DNA from: Faecalibacterium sp. CAG:74
GTDB taxonomy: Bacteria > Bacillota > Clostridia > Lachnospirales > Lachnospiraceae
Assembly: GCA_963595425.1 (NCBI GenBank)
Contig: CAVBHN010000007.1
Location: 22,951-54,950 of the forward strand
Direction of reading: 5' to 3'
Length of the DNA stretch: 32,000 nucleotides
Part shown: positions 9,006 to 18,691 of the stretch, piece by piece
How positions within the stretch are numbered: the first letter of the stretch is position 1
Layout: each line of letters begins with the position of its first letter
The notes under the pieces: model-generated
What the model was told of the DNA's origin: nothing
Seen by the model: the letters and a program-made list of their open reading frames with translations, nothing else
Database searches by the model: none
Position numbers and translations under genes: made by a program

Positions 9006-11072
9006 TTATAAAATGCTTTCAATACCAGTATTTATTTGCTCAACAGCCTCATTAAGCTTCATATATTTATCCGATTCAAGCAAGGGATCCTCTGACAGAA
9101 TATGCTTGACTGTGATTGATGCCGTCTCCAATATATCGGCATCCGAAAACGGATCAGCCAAAGAAAAGCCTGCCTCTCCGCTTTGCCTTAAGCCAAAGAG
9201 ATCGCCCTGTCCTCTTATTTTCAGATCCTCCTTTGCAATATAAAAGCCATCATTAGAATTATTTATAATTTCAAGTCTTTTATTCGTATCATCCCCTGAG
9301 TCGCTTTTCATAAAAATACAGTATGACTGGGAATCTCCTCTTCCTATTCTGCCTCTCAGCTGATGAAGCTGTGCCAACCCAAACCGTTCAGAGTTTTCTA
9401 TCAGCATAACAGTAGCATTCGGCACATCCACTCCTACCTCTACTACAGTTGTAGAAACCAATATGTCTGTTTTTCCTTCCGAAAACTCATTCATTATCAT
9501 ATTTTTTTCGGCTGCTGACATTCTTCCGTGAAGCATTTCTATTTTTATATCATGACAAAATATTTTTTTCAGCCTTGCGGTATATTCGATAACATTTTCG
9601 CAGGCAAGATCCTCATTCGGCTCTATCATAGGACAAATTATGTATACCTGATGACCATTTGCTATTTCTTTTTTCATGAACTCATATGCCGTTTTTCTGT
9701 ATGAGGTATTAACCACACAGTTTTTTATTTTAAGTCTTTTTTGCGGAAGCTCGTCTATCACAGATATACTAAGATCTCCAAACATGATAAGTGCAAGTGT
9801 TCTCGGTATCGGTGTTGCACTCATAACAAGAGTATGCGGCATATTACCCTTAAGCGATATCATGCCTCTCTGCTTTACACCGAATCTGTGCTGTTCATCG
9901 GTTATTACGAGTCCCAAATTTTCGAATTCAACCTTTTCCTGAATTATCGCATGCGTTCCTATGACAATATCGATATTATTATTTTTTATTTCTTTATATG
10001 CTTCTCTTTTTTTTGCCGCAGTCATGGATCCTGTCAGCAGGATCACTCTCTGGCCGGAAATACCATTATCCGAAAACAGCTTTACAATTGATCTGTAGTG
10101 CTGAGCTGCCAAGACCTCAGTAGGTGCCATAAGCGCACTTTGATACCCTGAATTCATCATGGCAATAATAGCAAGAAAGGCAATTATTGTTTTTCCGCTG
10201 CCTACGTCTCCTTGAAGAAGGCGGTTCATCACATGCTCTGACATCAAGTCCTTTTTTATATCGCTCCATGCTCTACTCTGTGCTGATGTAAGCTCAAAGG
10301 GTATTTTCCTTAAAATCCTCTCCACAGTGCCAAAATCTGAAATCCTGTAATGATTTTTTGTCTCCTTTTGTTCTCTTGACAGCATGCCTATTCTCAGAAG
10401 ATAAAACATAAATTCATCAAATACTATCCGTCTTCTTGCACTATGAAGCTCCTCCTCATTATGAGGAAAATGTATTTTATTTACAGCAGAGTTTCTGTCT
10501 ATAAGCTTATTTTGCTTAATAATACTGTCGGGGAGATAATCGTAAAATTCATATTTGTCCAAAACCTGCGCGGCTGCCCTTGCTATGACTTTATTTTTCA
10601 GTCCTGCAGTAAGAGAATATATCGGTCTTATGGTTCCTTTTATCTCATCATATGCATTGAGTGAAAATATTTCCGGATGCTCCATACAAAGATGTCCATC
10701 TTTCTGTATAACCATTCCGCGAAATATCATTGTGCTTCCTATTTTCAGTATGCTTCGAAGATAAGGCATATTAAACCATATAATCTCCAATCTGCCGCTT
10801 ATATCATCTGCATTTAATATTGTAACGGCAACCTTGGAGCTGTTTCTTACTACAGGCGGCTTTTTTATTTGCAGCTTTACGGATTGCTTCTCGCCCGGTA
10901 TGATTTCAGATATATGCACGCATTCTTTGCAGGCATCATATGCTCTTGGATAATAATGAATAAGCTGATCGAGATTGTTGATTCCAACCTTCCCGAACAG
11001 CTTTTCAGTCTTATCGCCGATGCCCTTTAGTTCTCTTAAGCTCTTTGCCGCGAGAGGATTCGACGAATTCAT
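9006..11072 (-). CDS. recG: ATP-dependent DNA helicase RecG
   Basis: A 688-aa ORF with a wedge-domain N-terminus, helicase motifs GDVGSGKT, DEQHRFG and SATPIPRTL, and QLHQLRGRIGRG. Confidence 0.93.
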   Translation of the reverse strand: MNSSNPLAAKSLRELKGIGDKTEKLFGKVGINNLDQLIHYYPRAYDACKECVHISEIIPGEKQSVKLQIKKPPVVRNSSKVAVTILNADDISGRLEIIWFNMPYLRSILKIGSTMIFRGMVIQKDGHLCMEHPEIFSLNAYDEIKGTIRPIYSLTAGLKNKVIARAAAQVLDKYEFYDYLPDSIIKQNKLIDRNSAVNKIHFPHNEEELHSARRRIVFDEFMFYLLRIGMLSREQKETKNHYRISDFGTVERILRKIPFELTSAQSRAWSDIKKDLMSEHVMNRLLQGDVGSGKTIIAFLAIIAMMNSGYQSALMAPTEVLAAQHYRSIVKLFSDNGISGQRVILLTGSMTAAKKREAYKEIKNNNIDIVIGTHAIIQEKVEFENLGLVITDEQHRFGVKQRGMISLKGNMPHTLVMSATPIPRTLALIMFGDLSISVIDELPQKRLKIKNCVVNTSYRKTAYEFMKKEIANGHQVYIICPMIEPNEDLACENVIEYTARLKKIFCHDIKIEMLHGRMSAAEKNMIMNEFSEGKTDILVSTTVVEVGVDVPNATVMLIENSERFGLAQLHQLRGRIGRGDSQSYCIFMKSDSGDDTNKRLEIINNSNDGFYIAKEDLKIRGQGDLFGLRQSGEAGFSLADPFSDADILETASITVKHILSEDPLLESDKYMKLNEAVEQINTGIESIL

Positions 11073-11140
11073 ATCTTATTTTTCTCTTTCTTTACACATT
11101 AGCTTGTTTTGGCGAGTCCCAAGGTCAAGGGTCTGTCGCA

Positions 11141-12844
11141 TTATTCAACAGAAATTATACAGTAATAAACCGGCTGTCCGCCAAACTGTATCTCTACCGA
11201 ACAATCCGGATATTCTTCCTCGATAGCAGCTCCAAGCTCCTCTGCCTGCTCCTTAGTATAGCCTTCTCCGTAATAAATACTGATAAGCTCTGCCTCGTCT
11301 GACATTATAGCCTTAACACTTTCAAGAGCAACGGTATTTATTTCACTTCCGACAGCAAGTATGTTGTGGTCACCTACCGCCATGATATCTCCGGATTTAA
11401 TATCAAAATCATCCACATGAGTATCTCTTATGGAATATGTTATCTGTGATGTTCTGACTCCTGTTATGCTTTCGTTCATGATCATAGCATTTTCTTCAGG
11501 TGAACATTCAGCTGCAAAATTGATCATAGCTGTAATTCCCTGTGTAACAGTCTTTGTCGGAATAACAATAACCTTCTTATCCTCTGTAAGATCTCTTGCC
11601 TGATTGGCAGCCATGATTATATTTTTGTTATTTGGATAAACAAAAATGCACTTTGCATTTATCTGATTGATCGCATTAATGAAGTCCTCTGTTGAAGGGT
11701 TCATAGTCTGACCGCCCTTTATAACAACGTCAACCTCCATATCGTTAAACAGCTGATCAAATCCGTCTCCTGCCGCAACTGTCACAAAACCGTATTTTTT
11801 GCTTTCGATCTTTGCTTCGGCATCAGCAGCATTATTATCTGCCTTATCATCCTCTTTCTTGTCATCTGCAACAGCTGCTGCATTTTCAAGACCGAGCATT
11901 TCTCTATGCTCCTCACGCATATTGTCTATTTTTATACGTGAAAGCTCACCATAGGTAAGTGCTCTTTGAAGAACGGTTCCCGGTTCATTTGTATGAACAT
12001 GGATTTTTATAAGCTCATCATCCGGTACACATACAATAGAATCACCCATAGACTCAAGGAAATTTTTAAAATTGTCCACTTCCTTGTCTGATACCGGCTT
12101 TGCAAGATTTATTATAAATTCTGTACAGTAGCCAAATTTGATCTCACCTTCCGGTCTCTTTATCTCCGGCATTGTGACCTTCTTGTTGACCTTGGCATCC
12201 TGTGCTGTCTTAGGTGCTTCTACAGCCTTTCCGGCATATGCAGCATATGCTCCCTTAAGAACGATTATAAGTCCTTGTCCGCCGGAATCAACAACTCCTG
12301 CCTCTTTAAGAACCGGAAGCATATCAGGTGTTGCCGCAAGAACCTTTTCGCCCTCCTCGATAACAAGCTCCATAAGCTCATCGAGTGAAATATTTTCCTT
12401 AGAAAGATGAACTGCTCTCTTTGCAACGCCTTTTGCTACGGTAAGAATTGTTCCTTCCTTAGGTCTCATAACTGCTTTATATGCAGTCTCTACAGCTCTT
12501 TCCATAGCGGCAGCAAGAAGCTTTTTATCTATTTTGCTGTGTTCTCTTATTTCCTTAGAAAATCCTCTTAAGAGCTGTGAAAGGATAACTCCCGAGTTTC
12601 CTCTTGCACCTCTTAACGAACCGTGTGAGACAGCCTTTGCCATCTCAGCCATATCCAAGCTTTTAATTGAATTGACCTCGCTTACAGCCGAAAGAATCGT
12701 AAGGGTCATATTCGTACCTGTATCTCCATCCGGAACAGGGAAAACATTTAATTCATTTATCCATTCTTTGTTTGCTTCAAGGTTATAAGCGCCGGAAAGA
12801 AACATCTTTTTGAGCATCTCGGCGTCAATATAATTTTCAGACAC
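11141..12844 (-). CDS. fakA: DAK2-domain fusion protein YloV / fatty-acid kinase FakA-like
   Basis: A 567-aa ORF with the DAK2 motif NVFPVPDGDTGTNMTLT. The Asp23-YloV-RecG order matches Bacillus and Staphylococcus. The start is a GTG at 12844, 9 nt after AGGAGG. Confidence 0.85.
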   Translation of the reverse strand: MSENYIDAEMLKKMFLSGAYNLEANKEWINELNVFPVPDGDTGTNMTLTILSAVSEVNSIKSLDMAEMAKAVSHGSLRGARGNSGVILSQLLRGFSKEIREHSKIDKKLLAAAMERAVETAYKAVMRPKEGTILTVAKGVAKRAVHLSKENISLDELMELVIEEGEKVLAATPDMLPVLKEAGVVDSGGQGLIIVLKGAYAAYAGKAVEAPKTAQDAKVNKKVTMPEIKRPEGEIKFGYCTEFIINLAKPVSDKEVDNFKNFLESMGDSIVCVPDDELIKIHVHTNEPGTVLQRALTYGELSRIKIDNMREEHREMLGLENAAAVADDKKEDDKADNNAADAEAKIESKKYGFVTVAAGDGFDQLFNDMEVDVVIKGGQTMNPSTEDFINAINQINAKCIFVYPNNKNIIMAANQARDLTEDKKVIVIPTKTVTQGITAMINFAAECSPEENAMIMNESITGVRTSQITYSIRDTHVDDFDIKSGDIMAVGDHNILAVGSEINTVALESVKAIMSDEAELISIYYGEGYTKEQAEELGAAIEEEYPDCSVEIQFGGQPVYYCIISVE

Positions 12845-12896
12845 TACAAGTATCCTCCTGTTTACATTTTTTGTTTGTAAAAATACAGAGTTGCCG

Positions 12897-13256
12897 TCAA
12901 GCGTCTATAACACGTACGCCTTCAACTATGATTTTTATATTTTCAATCTGCATTCCTGTAAATTCTTCAACACTGTATCTTACATTACTGATAAGATTTT
13001 CGGCAATGGTATTAATACTTATGCCATATGCTATCAGCACATGAAAATCAAGAGAGATCTTATTGTTCTCAATTTTTACATTAATGCCATGCTTGAGACT
13101 GTCACGGCGAAGAAGCTTTACAAGTCCGTCCTTCATATTGACTGCAGCCATTCCGACAATGCCGAAGCACTCTACCGCGACACTTCCCGCATATGTAGCT
13201 ATAACGTCAGGATCAATGATAACCTCTCCGAGGTTTGTGTCCATACGTCCCTTCAT
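12897..13256 (-). CDS. Asp23/Gls24-family (alkaline shock) protein, YloU-like
   Basis: MKGRMDTNLGEVIIDPDVIATYAGSVAVECFGIVGMA... The ATG at 13256 is preceded by GAGAGGAG. The ORF-track start at 13310 adds 18 unlikely residues. Confidence 0.85.
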   Translation of the reverse strand: MKGRMDTNLGEVIIDPDVIATYAGSVAVECFGIVGMAAVNMKDGLVKLLRRDSLKHGINVKIENNKISLDFHVLIAYGISINTIAENLISNVRYSVEEFTGMQIENIKIIVEGVRVIDA

Positions 13257-13325
13257 ATTACATCTCCTCTCTGAAACACAATAAAGGTAGTATACTCTAT
13301 ATACCTTCAAAAATAAACCTTTTTG

Positions 13326-16300
13326 TTAATACTCAAATTTACCTGTAAATACTGTTACCGCATTTCCATAAAGTATGATCTTCTCATCGCTGTAATTTAC
13401 AACAAGATCTCCACCGTCAACCTTAACTGTAATATCGGTATTTTTCCTGCAATATCCGTTTTTTACAGCGGCTGCAACTGCCGCACATGCACCTGTTCCG
13501 CATGCAAGAGTTTCTCCGTTTCCTCTCTCCCAGCATCTCATCCTCAGTGTTGTAGGATTGACTACTCTGACAAACTCTGTATTTATCCTTTCAGGGAAAA
13601 TATCTGCATATTCAAACATCGGTCCGACTGTCTTTAGATCAACACTGTCTATCTGTTCGGAAAAAACAACGCAATGAGGATTGCCAACCGAAACACATGT
13701 TACGTTGTAATCCTTTTTGCCTATGTTGATCCTGTAATCAACCATTTCGTTTGAATCGACATTAGCCGGAAGCGCTTTTGTATCAAATGTACAGCTTCCC
13801 ATGTCAACCGCAACTGTATTTACCTTTCCGTCACGAATATAGGCATGGAGCAAATGAATTCCGCTTTTTGATTCAATGGAAATATATTCGCTTCTTATAT
13901 ATCCGTTATCGTACAGATATTTTACCACACAGCGGATGCTGTTTCCAGCCATTTTGCCCTCTGAGCCGTCTCTGTTGTAAATTCGCATTTTAGCATCTGC
14001 AACCGTCGATCTCTCAATGAGGACAATTCCGTCTGCTCCTATTCCATAATGAGGCTGACACAGATTTACACAAAGAGACTCAGGACAGCTTATCCTGTTG
14101 TCAAAATTCTCTATATAAATATAATCGTTTCCGCAGGAATGCATTTTTGTAAATCTGATATGTGTACGCCATGTGCGCATATTATTCAAATCAACAAGCT
14201 CGGTATTCCATACGCTGTATCGGCTTTCAATCATGCCTGCAAGTGCATTTGCCGTATCAAGGCTCGTAAAGCACGGAATCTTCAGCTGCATAGCATGCAG
14301 ATGGAGCTTTCTGTAATTAAGAACAGTCTCATCCTTAAGCGCACCCGTATAAACGATGTAATCGATTCTGCCGTTCTGCATGAGTTCTTTTATCTCGTCG
14401 CTGTCCGGAGATGTATTTATTACATTTACCTTGATGCCCATTGTCTCAATAGATGCTGCGGTTCCTTCTGTAGCATATATTTCCATATTAAGGTCATAAA
14501 ATCTCTTTGCAAGTGAAAGTATTTCCTGGTAATCATGCTCCTCTACCGAAATAAGTATTCCTGCCCTCTTGCCTTCAGGGACAGTAAGTCCCGATGCCGT
14601 AAGTCCCTTAAAGAGAGCCTCTTCAGTGGTCTTGCCGATTCCGAGAACTTCTCCTGTAGATTTCATTTCGGGACCTAAAAGTGAATTTGCATCAATAAGC
14701 TTTTCGAATGAAAATACCGGAACCTTTACGGCATAATACGGTGGTGTTCTGTACAATCCCGTTCCGTATCCAAGCTCGCTAAGCTTTGCCCCCAGCATTA
14801 CTCTTGATGCCAGATCAACCATCGGAACATTTGTAACCTTGCTTATGTATGGCACGGTACGCGATGCTCTCGGATTGACCTCTATAACGTAAAGCTCATT
14901 TTCATAAATAAGATATTGAATATTAACAAGGCCCTTTGTTTTCAGTGCTAATGCAAGTTTTTCCGAGCAGTCACATATTTTTCTCAAAAATTTGTCACTC
15001 AGATTATAAGGCGGATATACTGCAATAGAATCTCCGGAATGAACTCCCGCTCTTTCTATATGCTCCATTATTCCCGGAATAAGAACATCCTCGCCATCAG
15101 AGATAACATCAACCTCAAGCTCGGTTCCCGGCATATATTTATCTACAAGCACAGGATTTTCAATTCCCTGCGCAAGTATGTTATTCATATATTTAACGGT
15201 ATGCTCCTCGTTTCGTGAAATGGTCATGTTCTGACCGCCTATTACATAGCTTGGACGAAGAAGTACTGGATAACCAAGCCTGTTTGCCTCCTCAAGTGCT
15301 TCACTTACCGAATTAACTCCCGCACCTTTAGGTCTGCTGATTCCGAACTGTTCAAGAAGCACATCAAATCTTGCTCTGTCCTCTGCTATATCAATGCTTT
15401 CTGCCGATGTACCCAATATCTTTATTCCGTTTTTATCAAGGAACTGGGTAAGCTTTATGGCTGTTTGTCCTCCAAAAGCAACAACAACACCGATCGGTCT
15501 TTCAACCTTAATGATGTTCATTACATCCTCGGGACACAGCGGTTCAAAATAAAGTCTGTCTGCAGTATCATAGTCTGTTGAAACGGTTTCCGGGTTGTTG
15601 TTGACAATAACAACATCATATCCCATTCTTCTTAATGTCCATACACAATGAACAGATGAATAATCAAACTCGATACCCTGTCCGATCCTTATAGGACCCG
15701 AGCCCAGAACCATTACGACAGGCTTTCCGCTTCTTTCAAAGGTACGTGATTCACATATCGCATCTGTAGATGAATAGAAGTATGGTGTCTCTGCATCGAA
15801 TTCGGCTCCGCAGGTATCAACCATTTTGTAAGAAAATGTATATCCCTTAACATTCTTTGCACCTGTCAAATGCATGATTGCGCTGTCTGTATAGCCTAAA
15901 TGCTTAGCGTTTTCATAATCCTCATCAGAAACAAAGCCCTTATTTTCAATTTTTCTTTCAAAGTCGGCAAGCTTTTTGAGCTTATACAAAAACCATTCAT
16001 CGATTTTTGTAATATCATGTATCTGCTCTACCGAAATATCATTTTTTAAAGCTTCAAAAACAGTAAATATCCTATGATCATTTTGTTCATAGAGTCTTTC
16101 TATGATTGTCTTGTCATTAAGCGGTGCAGCATTCAGAGTTTCAAGTCCGATTTCTGCTCCTCTTACAGCCTTTAGCAATGCTGCCTCAAAGCCGTTTGCA
16201 ATAGCCATAACCTCACCGGTAGCCTTCATCTGCGTTCCAAGCTTTCTGCTGCTGCCTGCAAATTTATCAAACGGCCATTTAGGGAATTTGACTACTACAT

Positions 16301-17354
16301 AGTCAAGAGTAGGTTCAAAGCACGCACAGGTCTTTCCTGTAATATCGTTTTTTATCTCATCTAATGTATATCCAAGTGCTATTTTTGTTGAAATCTTTGC
16401 TATAGGATATCCTGTTGCCTTACTTGCCAGTGCCGATGAACGCGAAACTCTCGGATTAACCTCTATGACTGCATATTCAAAGCTCTCCGGATCAAGTGCA
16501 AACTGACAATTGCATCCGCCTACTATATTCAATGCAGTGATCATATCAAGTGAGGCTGAACGAAGCATTTGATATTCCTTGTCTGCAAGGGTTAATGCCG
16601 GTGCTACGACAATACTGTCTCCGGTATGTACACCGACAGGATCTATATTTTCCATCGAGCATACAGCTATAACATTACCCAAGGAATCTCTTATCGTCTC
16701 AAATTCGATTTCCTTCCAGCCTGCAATACTTTTTTCTATAAGCACCTGGGTAATAGGAGACATATCAAGACCGGTTCTTGCGATAACCCTAAGCTCCTCC
16801 TTAGTATCTGCAATTCCTCCGCCGGAGCCTCCGAGCGTAAATGCAGGTCTTACAATAACCGGATATCCTATATCATCTGCTGCTTTCAAAGCCTCATCGA
16901 CTGTTGTTGCTATTTCAGACGGTACAACCGGCTGACCGATCTGCTTCATTGTATCTCTGAACATTTCCCTGTCTTCGGCCTTATCTATAGCTTCTATATC
17001 AGAGCCCAAAAGCTTAACATTGTATTTTTCAAGTATACCGGCTTTATAAAGCTGCATTGCAATAGTAAGACCTGTTTGTCCTCCGAGTCCTGCAAGGATT
17101 CCATCCGGTCTTTCTTTTTCAATTATGCGTTCTACAGTTTCGGCATTGAGCGGCTCAAGATATATCTCATCAGCCATTGCCTTATCCGTCATTATGGTTG
17201 CGGGATTAGAGTTTACAAGTACTACATTTATCCCTTCATCCTTCAATACCCGGCAGGCCTGAGCACCGGCATAATCAAATTCTGCAGCCTGTCCGATTAT
17301 GATAGGTCCGGATCCGATAACGAGTACTTTTCGGATATTTTTATCTTTTGGCAT
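13326..17354 (-). CDS. carB: Carbamoyl-phosphate synthase large subunit fused in frame to a C-terminal DapF-like (diaminopimelate epimerase fold) domain
   Basis: An uninterrupted 1342-codon ORF. Residues 1 to about 1065 are a full CarB: [21 protein letters not shown], two ATP-grasp halves and a C-terminal MGS-like allosteric domain. Residues from about 1066 to 1342 are DapF-like. The start overlaps the carA stop by 14 nt. Confidence 0.9.
   Translation of the reverse strand: [1342 protein letters not shown]
13329..14159 (-). other. DapF-like domain of the carB ORF (277 aa)
   Basis: [16 protein letters not shown]..., [30 protein letters not shown] and [21 protein letters not shown]. It aligns without gaps to my recollection of B. 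subtilis DapF ([62 protein letters not shown]). No SD precedes either internal ATG near the junction. Confidence 0.8.
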
Positions 17355-18435
17355 CCTTCTTCTCTCCCTCCATCATATCAATGAATCGTTTAAACAAAAA
17401 TCCTGTATCCTTAGGACCTCCGCAGGCCTCCGGATGGAACTGAACCGTATAGCATTTCTTTTTCGGATACTCCATGCCCTCACAGCTCATATCATTTGCA
17501 TTGTAAAATATTTCATCGCCGATACCTTTAAGGCTTTCGGCTACAACTGCGTAGCCATGATTCTGGCTTGTAATAAATGTCCTTTTGCCTTTTACTTCTC
17601 TCACCGGCTGATTGGCGCCTCTATGTCCATATTTAAGCTTTATGGTTTTTCCTCCCATGGCCAGTGCCATAAGCTGATGGCCAAGGCAAATACCAAATAT
17701 AGGAACTCTTCCGATAAGCTTTCTGATCTGCTCTATACAATATGTATTTTCCTCAGGATCTCCAGGTCCGTTTGAAAGCATTATTCCATCCGGATTCAGC
17801 TTTAATATGTCATCTGCCGCTGTATCCTGCGGAACAACAATCACCTCACAATTTAAATTCTGAAGTGATCTTATTATATTATTCTTTGCTCCGTAATCTA
17901 TAAGCACCACCTTATAAAGTGTCTCTTTCTTTGCCGGAAAGCTTTCAATTTTTTTACGGCTGACCCTCTCAACTACACCCTTTACAGAATATTCATCAAT
18001 GGCAGCATGTATTTTTATCATATCCGCCTCATTGACTGATGAGCATATATATGCATTCATCACACCCTCTTCACGCAATATTCTTGTAAGAGCTCGTGTA
18101 TCTATTCCGCAGATTCCCGGAACATCGTTGTCCTCTAAAAATCTTTCAAGAGTATACTGACATCTGAAATTTGAGGGTTCATCGCATATTTCTCTTACTA
18201 TATATCCGTTTACAGCGCATTTTCCTTCAAAATCCTCTTCTATGATTCCATAGTTTCCTATAAGCGGGAAGGTCTGTATAACAATTTGTCCTGCATAGCT
18301 TGGGTCAGTAAGTGTTTCGGGATAACCCACCATGCCTGTTGTAAATACAAGCTCACCTACAGAATCTCTTTTTGAGCCAATCCTATAGCCCTCAAAAACC
18401 TGTTTGTTTCCCAATACCAAATAAGCCTTTTCCAT
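17341..18435 (-). CDS. carA: Carbamoyl-phosphate synthase small (glutaminase) subunit
   Basis: A 364-aa ORF with the GATase triad context PIFGICLGHQL and FHPE. The SD GAGGAG lies 9 nt before the ATG at 18435. Confidence 0.93.
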   Translation of the reverse strand: MEKAYLVLGNKQVFEGYRIGSKRDSVGELVFTTGMVGYPETLTDPSYAGQIVIQTFPLIGNYGIIEEDFEGKCAVNGYIVREICDEPSNFRCQYTLERFLEDNDVPGICGIDTRALTRILREEGVMNAYICSSVNEADMIKIHAAIDEYSVKGVVERVSRKKIESFPAKKETLYKVVLIDYGAKNNIIRSLQNLNCEVIVVPQDTAADDILKLNPDGIMLSNGPGDPEENTYCIEQIRKLIGRVPIFGICLGHQLMALAMGGKTIKLKYGHRGANQPVREVKGKRTFITSQNHGYAVVAESLKGIGDEIFYNANDMSCEGMEYPKKKCYTVQFHPEACGGPKDTGFLFKRFIDMMEGEKKDAKR

Positions 18436-18600
18436 TTATTGAATCTCCTCATGATAACTGCCTAAGCAGTCATGTAAGCTTATCTTAAAGCTTTAATCTT
18501 ATCACCAATTTATAAATATGATGCTGCGGGTCCGAACAGTGCAAACACATGCATGCTTTAGCCTGTATCTGTTTTTTTACATTCTGACCCCAGTATTACA

Positions 18601-18629
18601 AATATACCATTTTGAAGCTATTTTAGCAA
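18601..18629 (-). promoter_or_regulatory. Candidate sigma-A promoter for carA-carB
   Basis: The minus strand reads TTGCTA, a 17-nt spacer, then TATATT with a TGn extension. It is divergent from the rpmB promoter about 62 bp away and implies a leader of about 160 nt. Confidence 0.45.
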
Positions 18630-18691
18630 TAATCCGAAAAACAAGCTGTCCTAAGCTCCCATAGAAAATTTAAAATTAAAGAAAAAATCTC

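Noticed and set aside
12891-13284. Plus-strand ORFs of 127 aa and 73 aa overlapping the Asp23-family gene.
   Set aside because: They are antisense shadows of a conserved gene with no independent evidence.
13257-13310. The 18-codon N-terminal extension of the Asp23-family ORF. Similar ORF-track extensions occur on citF (25053-25133), citE (25957-25974), hisZ (2740-2757, GTG), lepB (4000-4026, TTG) and coaD (7692-7712).
   Set aside because: In each case an internal ATG has a well-spaced SD and gives the family-typical N-terminus. The extensions overlap the upstream gene or lack an RBS, so I trimmed the starts.
16626-17384. A 252-aa plus-strand ORF, along with other plus-strand ORFs at 16579-16935, 14049-14516, 13323-13637 and 13778-13993, all antisense to carB::dapF.
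   Set aside because: These are shadow ORFs inside a strongly supported 1342-aa gene. Their translations are low-complexity (Cys/Ile/Phe/Ser-rich) with no recognisable motifs, and I saw no SD. AT-rich antisense frames commonly stay open.
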